A DNA stretch of 64,000 bases from Candidatus Dojkabacteria bacterium (GTDB taxonomy: Bacteria; Patescibacteriota; Dojkabacteria; SC72). A program made the translations under genes and the position numbers. The notes beneath the pieces were generated by a model. It had not been told where the DNA came from. It worked only from the letters and a program-made list of their open reading frames with translations, and ran no database searches. The stretch lies in assembly GCA_050950145.1 (NCBI GenBank), contig JBMNHB010000001.1:300458-364457 (forward strand). The letters run 5' to 3'. This document shows positions 56,728 through 64,000 of this stretch, in pieces (within the stretch, counting starts at the first letter, position 1; each line of letters opens with the position of its first letter).

Positions 56728-57415
56728 ATTTTCTTATTAGTTGTTTTATTACAGTTGTTTTTGGTGTTATTCCATAATCTTTAATAACCTTTTCCATATC
56801 CACTTTTTCAACTTCATTAACAATCTTGTAATTAGGATTTCTAACTACTTCTTGTTTGGCATTCTTCCTTATTACATAATATGCCATTCCACTATTATCA
56901 TCAAGGACTACTCTAGAGATAGCTTTAATAGACATTATTTCAGCAAAGATTAATGGTGTATTTTGTCTAGGATTAACAGCTACGAAGTCATAATTAGAAG
57001 GAATGATAATTTTTTGTCCTTTTTTAGCAACTATTTTTATAACCCTATTTTCTTTTGGTGACTTATATTGCTGAATTAACACTATTGCTGTTCCATTTAA
57101 TATTTCTATGATTCTTGGATACTTTTTACATCTGGTTACTTTTGTTTTAACAAACTCAATACCTGCAAGATTAGAATTCATAGTATATATGTGTAGTTTA
57201 ACCTTTTTAGAAGAGAGAACAGAATCAGTATCAACTTCAAAATACTTCTGATAGAATATTTCTGGGCAATCTAACTCTTTGTTAAGTAACTGTTCTCTTA
57301 TATCTTCAATTGTTACTATTTTCTTCCTCTTGCATCCAGAGTTTTTAAAGACTAATTCGTCATTTTCGTATATTATTGAAAATCCTGTTGTTGTCTTTAA
57401 ATCTATTTTTGCCAT
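56681..57415 (-). CDS. Cupin-type glucose-6-phosphate isomerase-like protein (metal ligands absent)
   Basis: L.G.EFVKT, E.L.G....LIQ, KG..IIIP..Y....VNP, G.AYY, NPNY. Confidence 0.65.
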   Translation of the reverse strand: MAKIDLKTTTGFSIIYENDELVFKNSGCKRKKIVTIEDIREQLLNKELDCPEIFYQKYFEVDTDSVLSSKKVKLHIYTMNSNLAGIEFVKTKVTRCKKYPRIIEILNGTAIVLIQQYKSPKENRVIKIVAKKGQKIIIPSNYDFVAVNPRQNTPLIFAEIMSIKAISRVVLDDNSGMAYYVIRKNAKQEVVRNPNYKIVNEVEKVDMEKVIKDYGITPKTTVIKQLIRKYEKFKWLFKENSVTY

Positions 57416-57469
57416 AGGACATTATACCACACACATCAATACCTATAGATTTAATATGGGAAAAACCGA

Positions 57470-57760
57470 TTAATCATTGTTTCTATATGATTTTAGAAGT
57501 TCTGAAAGTATTATTCCGATAATAATATAGAAGACTAATGATAGTACAAGTACAGCTGGTATCTGTATCTTCCATATGTTAATGGTACTATTAACTATTC
57601 CTTGGAATGGAGCAGTCACAATATCACTTATTCTTGTTATCCAATAAACAATATCATTTTCCGGATTAGCATTTATAGCTATTAATACTATTCTTACTCC
57701 TAATATTCCTTGTATTACGATAGTAGCAAAATATGCAAGTCTAATTAGTAATTTAATCAT
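57470..57760 (-). CDS. YggT family membrane protein
   Basis: R.VL..I.ANP.N..V.WI...S.....PF.GI, two to three TMs. Confidence 0.75.
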   Translation of the reverse strand: MIKLLIRLAYFATIVIQGILGVRIVLIAINANPENDIVYWITRISDIVTAPFQGIVNSTINIWKIQIPAVLVLSLVFYIIIGIILSELLKSYRNND

Positions 57761-57762
57761 AT

Positions 57763-58515
57763 TTATATTTTATCTAAATTATCTAAATAATACTGTAATT
57801 GTTGCATATATCTTGTAACACCATTTGCCCAAGCATGTTCTGGGTTTTGACCACATGGTGGACAGTATATCGGTTCTATTTCAAAAGGAGTCATTGTAGT
57901 CCCATATCCCTGAGCAAATCGTTCTGTTATATGTATAATTGCACTATCCCAGCTAGAAAATATACTCCAACCTCTATCATTACTATTTACACCCCTCCAT
58001 CCCCATGCATTATTTGTTCCACCTGGCGTTATATTCCCAAACGCAGACTCAACACCGGAAATAGAAGCAAGTAATCTCCAATCTAACCCATGTTTATCTG
58101 CTTCCTTTACGAATGTTTCTGCACTATTTGCCATCGGTGAGTGAAAGTCACTTAAAAACTTATTCATAGCAAGAACTCTTGGATCAATTACAAAGAATTT
58201 AGTATTTGAAATAGTTGAACTATTCAAGTTCTTACTGTATGTAGACATATTGTAACTTGTTGTGTTTGCATAGATATCATAAACAGGAGAGAGTACATTT
58301 ATAGTTGTAGTTTGTTTTGCTCTCATTACTATACCAATATGCTTTATAAAAAAACTTTCAACAGAGGGAGAGATAAAAATATAATAAAAGATAAGAAAAA
58401 CAAATAAAATAGAGACTCTAAAAATATTAGAGTTAAGTATCTCTTTAACATTTAATGCTTTTTCTTGATTATGCATTTCATCTGTCATAATATCTAGTAT
58501 ATCAAATTGGGGCAA
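57763..58515 (-). CDS. Membrane-anchored lysozyme-superfamily protein, paralog of 4136..4759
   Basis: SPMA..AE.FVKEADKHGLDWRLLASISGVESAFG, NAWGW, YCPP, WA..V...M. Confidence 0.65.
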   Translation of the reverse strand: MPQFDILDIMTDEMHNQEKALNVKEILNSNIFRVSILFVFLIFYYIFISPSVESFFIKHIGIVMRAKQTTTINVLSPVYDIYANTTSYNMSTYSKNLNSSTISNTKFFVIDPRVLAMNKFLSDFHSPMANSAETFVKEADKHGLDWRLLASISGVESAFGNITPGGTNNAWGWRGVNSNDRGWSIFSSWDSAIIHITERFAQGYGTTMTPFEIEPIYCPPCGQNPEHAWANGVTRYMQQLQYYLDNLDKI

Positions 58516-58523
58516 TATATGTT

Positions 58524-61500
58524 ATGTTCACTCATTTACATTTACATACAGAGTATTCCTTACTGGATGCAACTATACGAATTTCTGATCTAATAGAGAA
58601 GCTTAAGGCTAATAACATGAATGCGTGTGCGATTACAGATCATGGAAATATGTATGGGGCATATAAGTTTCAGAGCGCAATGAAAGCTGAAGGATTAAAA
58701 CCAATAATAGGTTGTGAGATATATATTGCACCAAGAAGTATGGAAGACAAAGAATATGGCATAGATAATAACTATTTTCACTTAGTTCTCTTAGCTAAAA
58801 ACTTAGAAGGTTACAAAAACCTTGTGAAAATTGTTTCTATAGCCCATATGGATGGTTTCTACTATAGACCTAGGATTGATATTGAAACATTAAAAAAACA
58901 CACAGGAGGATTAATTGCACTCTCAGCTTGTCTTGCTGGTCCAGTAGCTCAGCCTCTTTTGAATAATGATTACAAAAAAGCCAAGGAGAATGCAGAACTA
59001 TATTCAAAACTTTTCAAAGATAATTTCTACATTGAGATTCAAAGGAATGGAATGGAAGAACAGAACTTGGTTAATGAGGGTCTTATTAAGATAGCAAAAG
59101 AATTAGATCTTCCACTAGTAGCAACTTGTGATTCCCATTACCTAAATAGAGAGGATGCTGAAATACAAGAGATTCTATGGTGTATTTCAGATGGTACAAC
59201 AATGGATGATCCAAATAGAAGGAGAATGCCCACAAACGAATTCTATGTAAAAACTCCAGAACAGATGCAAGAACTCTTTAGTGATTTACCTGAGGCAGTT
59301 GAAAACACACAAAAAATAGCTGACTCAGTAGAAGAGTATGATATTACATTTGAAAGAGTTGAGACAAAGTTTTTAGATTTACCTAAAGGTGAGACAGCTC
59401 GGTCATACTTAAAGAAATTGACATATGAAGGTGCTAAGAAGAAGTATGGTGAAATAACAAAGGAGTTGAAAGAAAGGATTGATTATGAATTATCTTTGAT
59501 ACATGAGAAAGGTTACGACGATTACTTTTTGGTAGTTAGAGACTTTGTCCATTTTTGTCACGAAAACGACATTATTGTTGGTATGAGAGGCTCAGGTTGT
59601 GGTTCTGTTGTTGCCTATGCAACAGACATTACAAATATAGAACCAATTAAATGGGAACTGTACTTTGAAAGATTTCTTAACCCTGAGCGACCAAGTCCCC
59701 CTGATTTTGATATTGATATAGCAGATCAGAGAAGAGATGAAGTTATACAATACACAATTGATAAATACGGTATAGATAATGTAAAACAGATAGGAACCTT
59801 TAGCAAACTACAAACAAGACAAGCTATTAGGGATGTTGCAAGAGTTATAGGGATTGACTTAAAAACAGCTGATGCTCTATCAAAAATGGTTGAAATAGTT
59901 TTTGGTAAATCAAAAGGTATTGACTATATGATCGAGAAGAATCCTGAATTTGCAGAAATAATTAATTCTTCAGAAGAAACAAAGCATCTTGCAAACATTG
60001 TTAGAAAAATTTCAGGCCTTTGTAGAGGGATATCTACACATGCATGTGGAATTATCATTACTCCTACACCAGTTATTGAATATTGCCCAATACAAAGAGA
60101 TGCGCACGGAGGAGGTATTGGAATGACTCAGTACGAAATGTTTGATATAGAACCTCTTGGATTAATGAAATATGACTTTCTTGGTTTAAGAAACCTCCAT
60201 GTTATTGGAGCAGCACTTAAAAAGGTTGAAAGAAGTACCGGAGAGAAAATAGATTTAAGAGAAATAGACTATGAAGATCCAAAAGTCTTTGACTTAATTA
60301 AGTCTGGACATACTGTTGGGTTATTCCAAATGGAGAGTGAAGGAATGAAAAGAACAATTAGAACTCTTCAACCAGAGAACTTGGAGGATATCTGCTATAT
60401 TCTAGCTGCCTACAGACCAGGTCCAATGCAGTACATTACTGAATATCAGGCAGTAAAAACAGGCAAACAAGAACCAGATTACATATTTGATGAACTTGAA
60501 CCAGTTCTCTCAGTTACCAGAGGAGTTATTACATACCAAGAGCAGGTAATGAGAATAGCACAGATAATTGCAGGATACTCTCTAGGAAAAGCAGATGTCT
60601 TAAGAAGAGCAATGGGAAAAAAGATAGTTGAAGTTATGGAGAAAGAGAAACCGACCTTTGTAGAAGGAGCTATAAAGAACGGCTATGATAAGGAAAAAGT
60701 GGAGAAACTCTGGGATAAATTGCTTCAGTTTGCAAACTATGGCTTTAACAAAGCACATAGTGCATCATATGCAACAATAGCATATTGGACTGCATATCTT
60801 AAAACACACTACCCTTTGGAATATATGGCAGCTCTTTTAGAAGGAGATTTAGATAAGTTTGATAGGATAATACTTGATCTAAAAGAATGTAAAAGATTAG
60901 GAATTAATGTCCTCCCACCAGATATTAACAAGAGTGGATATTACTTTACATCTGATGATAACAACAGTATATGGTTTGGACTTGGTGGGATAAAGAATAT
61001 CGGTGGTGATCTTGTTAAATTAATAATCAAAGAGAGAGAAGAGAATGGTGAGTATCAGAACTTGGATGATTTTGTACACCGTGTATATGAAGATGTTGGT
61101 AAGAAAGCGATGGAGTATCTAATAATGGCAGGGACAATGGATTCTTTTGGAGATAGGTTAGATCTGTTAAAAACTTTTCCAACAGTTTATCAGAAAGAGA
61201 AAGATGACAGGAAAGCTAGTAGTGTAGGACAATTTGACTTTTTTTCACTGGGTCAAACAGAAGAAGGACAGAATAGGACAATTGCAACTCCACTTGAAAA
61301 AGATACAGAAACTGATAGAAATGTTTTGCTACAGTGGGAAAAAGATCTTTTAGGTCTCTACTTTTCAAGTCATCCTCTTGATAATCTTCAAGAGCTTTTC
61401 ATAACAAAAAATGTGGTAACATTGGAGGATGCATTGGAGTATAAAAAGAATAATGAAATGTTGGTTCTTGGTGTTATGATTAATAAAGTAAGAAAGGTGA

Positions 61501-61922
61501 CTACAAAAAAAGGTGATATGATGGCATTTCTTTCAATAGAGGATAAGACTGCGAAAACCGATGCTATTGTATTCCCAAGAACCTACGAGGAATTGAAAGG
61601 TGTATTGAAGGAGAATGTTCCAGCTTTAATTGTTGGTAAGTTAAATGTTAGAAATGGAGAGAAGAGTATTGTTGTTGAGAAGTTAAAACCGATAGATCCG
61701 TCTAAACATAATAATATCTTTGAAGGTATTACATTTAAAATCTCACCAGAACACACAAAAGAACAAGTGTCAGATTTAAAAGGATATATAGCTAATTCTG
61801 AAGGAGATACACCTGTTAGGATTATGGTTAATGACAACGGAAAGAACAAGATTGTAGAACTAAAGAAGAAAATACCTTTGAATGATGAAACTAGACAATG
61901 GATGAATGTATTTAGTTTTTAG
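58524..61922 (+). CDS. dnaE: DNA polymerase III alpha subunit
   Basis: FTHLHLHTEYSLLD (PHP), RGSG.GS, FERFLNPER.SPPDFDID, KYDFLGLRNL, YGFNKAHS, C-terminal OB fold. Confidence 0.98.
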   Translation: MFTHLHLHTEYSLLDATIRISDLIEKLKANNMNACAITDHGNMYGAYKFQSAMKAEGLKPIIGCEIYIAPRSMEDKEYGIDNNYFHLVLLAKNLEGYKNLVKIVSIAHMDGFYYRPRIDIETLKKHTGGLIALSACLAGPVAQPLLNNDYKKAKENAELYSKLFKDNFYIEIQRNGMEEQNLVNEGLIKIAKELDLPLVATCDSHYLNREDAEIQEILWCISDGTTMDDPNRRRMPTNEFYVKTPEQMQELFSDLPEAVENTQKIADSVEEYDITFERVETKFLDLPKGETARSYLKKLTYEGAKKKYGEITKELKERIDYELSLIHEKGYDDYFLVVRDFVHFCHENDIIVGMRGSGCGSVVAYATDITNIEPIKWELYFERFLNPERPSPPDFDIDIADQRRDEVIQYTIDKYGIDNVKQIGTFSKLQTRQAIRDVARVIGIDLKTADALSKMVEIVFGKSKGIDYMIEKNPEFAEIINSSEETKHLANIVRKISGLCRGISTHACGIIITPTPVIEYCPIQRDAHGGGIGMTQYEMFDIEPLGLMKYDFLGLRNLHVIGAALKKVERSTGEKIDLREIDYEDPKVFDLIKSGHTVGLFQMESEGMKRTIRTLQPENLEDICYILAAYRPGPMQYITEYQAVKTGKQEPDYIFDELEPVLSVTRGVITYQEQVMRIAQIIAGYSLGKADVLRRAMGKKIVEVMEKEKPTFVEGAIKNGYDKEKVEKLWDKLLQFANYGFNKAHSASYATIAYWTAYLKTHYPLEYMAALLEGDLDKFDRIILDLKECKRLGINVLPPDINKSGYYFTSDDNNSIWFGLGGIKNIGGDLVKLIIKEREENGEYQNLDDFVHRVYEDVGKKAMEYLIMAGTMDSFGDRLDLLKTFPTVYQKEKDDRKASSVGQFDFFSLGQTEEGQNRTIATPLEKDTETDRNVLLQWEKDLLGLYFSSHPLDNLQELFITKNVVTLEDALEYKKNNEMLVLGVMINKVRKVTTKKGDMMAFLSIEDKTAKTDAIVFPRTYEELKGVLKENVPALIVGKLNVRNGEKSIVVEKLKPIDPSKHNNIFEGITFKISPEHTKEQVSDLKGYIANSEGDTPVRIMVNDNGKNKIVELKKKIPLNDETRQWMNVFSF

Positions 61923-61931
61923 ACATACAAC

Positions 61932-62137
61932 AGGTCTGACCTAGGTCTGCCCCATGTTAAGAAAATTTTAATCTCTAAGTTATGTACTTTCAAAAAGGTC
62001 TCCTAGTCCTCGGCTCAGGTAGTATGTACGTGTTACAAGTAAAAACAGAGGAACATGTACCCCAAAAAGGTATGTAAGAAGCAAAATTTCTCACATATTA
62101 AAAAGTTATGAATGAGGGGCAGGCCTAGGCCTGGCCT
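61932..62137. mobile_element. MITE/REPIN-like non-coding element, copy 2 (206 bp)
   Basis: Left TIR AGGTCTGACCTAGGTCTGCCCC (61932-61953); right TIR GGGGCAGGCCTAGGCCTGGCCT (62116-62137). Subterminal ATGTTAA and TTAAAAAGTTATGAAT are shared with copy 1. Confidence 0.7.
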
Positions 62138-62153
62138 TGTAGTATAATTAGAC

Positions 62154-63632
62154 ATGAACATAAACCAAATAGACTTACTTCCTCTAAAGCCAGGAGTATA
62201 CAAATTCTATGACAAGAACAAAAAACTTTTGTATATAGGAAAAGCTCTTAATTTAAGAAACAGAATCAAATCATATTTTAATGACACACTCTATGACAGA
62301 CCGTATGTAAAGAAGATGATTCCTCTAATTGAAACAGTAGAAATAGTAGAAACAAATAATGAAATAGAATCGTTGGTATTGGAGGCAGCATTAATCAAAG
62401 AATTCAAACCTAAATATAATACTGATCTCAAAGACGACAAATCATATGCTTGGATATATGTATCTACAAAAGATGAATACCCTTTGATTAAAATAACAAG
62501 AAATGTATCAAGTAAGGAATTAAAAAAAGGAGAGCTCTTTGGTCCATATCCCAATATACACTCTGCCAGAAGAGTTTTCACATACCTTAGAAAACTCTAT
62601 CCTTTCTGTACATGCTCACCAGAAAGAGCAAAAAGAGAGAAAGAATGTATGTATTTTCATATTGGTCTTTGTCCAGGACCATATCAAGGACATATCACAA
62701 AAGAAGAATACAGAAGAAATATAACTGAAATACTTAAATTTCTTAAAGGTAGGAAACGAGGACAGATTGCTAAACTAGAATCTAAAATGAAACAATATTC
62801 TAAAGCAAAAGAATATGAAAAAGCTGGAGAATTAAGAGATAAAATTGAAGATCTTAAATACTTAGGAGAAAAGATAGATTTTGAGTATAACGAAAGTTCA
62901 GAATCTTATATAACAAGAAGGAAAAAACTACTACAATCTAATTTCCAAGAATTAAAAATAGAGTTAGGGTTGAAAAAACTAAACAGAATTGAATGCTATG
63001 ATATCTCTAATATACAAGGTAAAGAAGCGTATGGTTCAATGGTAGTTGCAGAAAAAGGAGAGATTAAAAGAAGTGAGTATAGGATTTTTAGAATAAAAAC
63101 TCTTGAGACTCCCAATGATACGCAGATGCTAAAAGAAGTCCTTTCTAGAAGATTTAATGAAAAGCAAAAAGAAAAATACAGTTCATATCCAGAGATTGTC
63201 CTAATAGACGGTGGTAAAGGACAACTATCTGTAGTAGAACCCTCTATTCCCAAAAATATCTATTTACTAGGTATTACAAAGGGAAGAAAATACAAAAGAA
63301 AAGGAGGCCATTTACTTGACGAATTTTGGTATATGAATAGAGGTAGTAAAAAGGTAGAGAAAATAAAGATTATCAATAAAGATGTACTAATAGATCTAAG
63401 AGATGAAGCGCATAGATTTGCTATTCTTCATCATAGAAAAGCAAGAGTTAGAGAGAGTAAAAAATCTGAATTAATTAAGATTAACGGAGTAGGAGAGAAG
63501 AGCAGGGTAAAACTTCTTAAAAACTTCAAATCGATTGAGAATATTAAAAAGGCTAATTTGGAAGATATTAATATGGTTTTGAACAATAAAAAGATAAGTA
63601 AGTTAGTTTACGAATATTTCAGAAAGAATTAA
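62154..63632 (+). CDS. uvrC: Excinuclease ABC subunit C
   Basis: GIY-YIG (PGVY..LYIGKA.NLR.RI.SYF), PKYN..LKDDKSY, RIECYDIS, IDGGKGQ, RDEAHRFA, HhH. Confidence 0.96.
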   Translation: MNINQIDLLPLKPGVYKFYDKNKKLLYIGKALNLRNRIKSYFNDTLYDRPYVKKMIPLIETVEIVETNNEIESLVLEAALIKEFKPKYNTDLKDDKSYAWIYVSTKDEYPLIKITRNVSSKELKKGELFGPYPNIHSARRVFTYLRKLYPFCTCSPERAKREKECMYFHIGLCPGPYQGHITKEEYRRNITEILKFLKGRKRGQIAKLESKMKQYSKAKEYEKAGELRDKIEDLKYLGEKIDFEYNESSESYITRRKKLLQSNFQELKIELGLKKLNRIECYDISNIQGKEAYGSMVVAEKGEIKRSEYRIFRIKTLETPNDTQMLKEVLSRRFNEKQKEKYSSYPEIVLIDGGKGQLSVVEPSIPKNIYLLGITKGRKYKRKGGHLLDEFWYMNRGSKKVEKIKIINKDVLIDLRDEAHRFAILHHRKARVRESKKSELIKINGVGEKSRVKLLKNFKSIENIKKANLEDINMVLNNKKISKLVYEYFRKN

Positions 63633-63641
63633 TAAAAGAAA

Positions 63642-64000
63642 CTATCTTAACTTTCTACTCTCTTGTGGTTGTAGATTGGAGAAAACTGTTTCAAAAAAAG
63701 GATTATTCTCAGGGTTTCCATCTAAAACATAACCAATTCCTCTGTTAGGTTCAACTAGTACAGCAATATCATGAACTCCATCACTACATGTTATCTTTCC
63801 TTTTATACCTTTTATAAATTCTGTATATGCCAATTCTGTTCTTGTAATCCCGCATTTTAATTCTTTATTCTCACTATTTACTTGTTCTATATATTTATGC
63901 AAAAAGTGGTCTAATGCTTGACCATTATATGAATCAATAGGTATTAACTGTATCTTCTCTTCACCTCCCAGCTTTCTAAGCAACATCTGTCTGTGATCCT
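63642..64000 (-). CDS. Hypothetical protein (probably 5' truncated by window edge)
   Basis: Frame stays open from 63986 to the window end. Confidence 0.55.
   Translation of the reverse strand, partial: DHRQMLLRKLGGEEKIQLIPIDSYNGQALDHFLHKYIEQVNSENKELKCGITRTELAYTEFIKGIKGKITCSDGVHDIAVLVEPNRGIGYVLDGNPENNPFFETVFSNLQPQESRKLR

Noticed and set aside
58524-61922. Intein or split dnaE
   Set aside because: Normal length (1132 aa) with colinear motifs and no intein signatures.
62560-62700. UvrC Cys cluster variant (CTC...C...CPGPY)
   Set aside because: Four Cys are still present with shifted spacing; this is within ordinary UvrC variation as far as can be judged by eye.
858-63253. Many 60-195 aa opposite-strand or alternate-frame ORFs in the track (e.g. 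1985..2470, 19874..20443, 27794..28381, 44298..44633)
   Set aside because: They are shadows inside well-supported genes, with antisense-type composition and no motifs.

Overview
AT-rich, very gene-dense bacterial chromosome segment. The lineage is inferred to be Patescibacteria/CPR, possibly Dojkabacteria-like, from gene content, largely leaderless genes and many orphan membrane or secreted proteins. It uses the standard genetic code: prfB is present and TGA is used as a stop. Housekeeping genes: ileS (3' part), carD, yvcK, prs, hpf, ftsE-ftsX-M23, prfB, two gpmI, uppP, ftsQ-ftsA-ftsZ-SEDS, rplU-methyltransferase-rpmA-rlmB, lepB-parA-parB, gatB, rnhB, helD, rplS, dnaE, uvrC, plus nine tRNA genes. 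I saw no rRNA, CRISPR array, integrase or transposase. Main observations: (1) an unannotated 47-aa mini-GatC (C-terminal half only) coupled to an interface-diverged GatB, with no gatA in the window; (2) a circularly permuted, Zn-ligand-intact M23 peptidase in the ftsEX operon; (3) two copies of a ~205-bp non-coding element with compound 22-bp terminal inverted repeats and an internal motif in opposite orientations; (4) tandem FN3/lysozyme-like surface proteins with ~780 bp of near-identical 3' ends; (5) an overlapping run of apparent pseudo-enzymes (metal-less cupin PGI, Cys-less transglutaminase) with a membrane-anchored HEPN-motif protein. All family calls come from motif recognition by eye, not from database searches.
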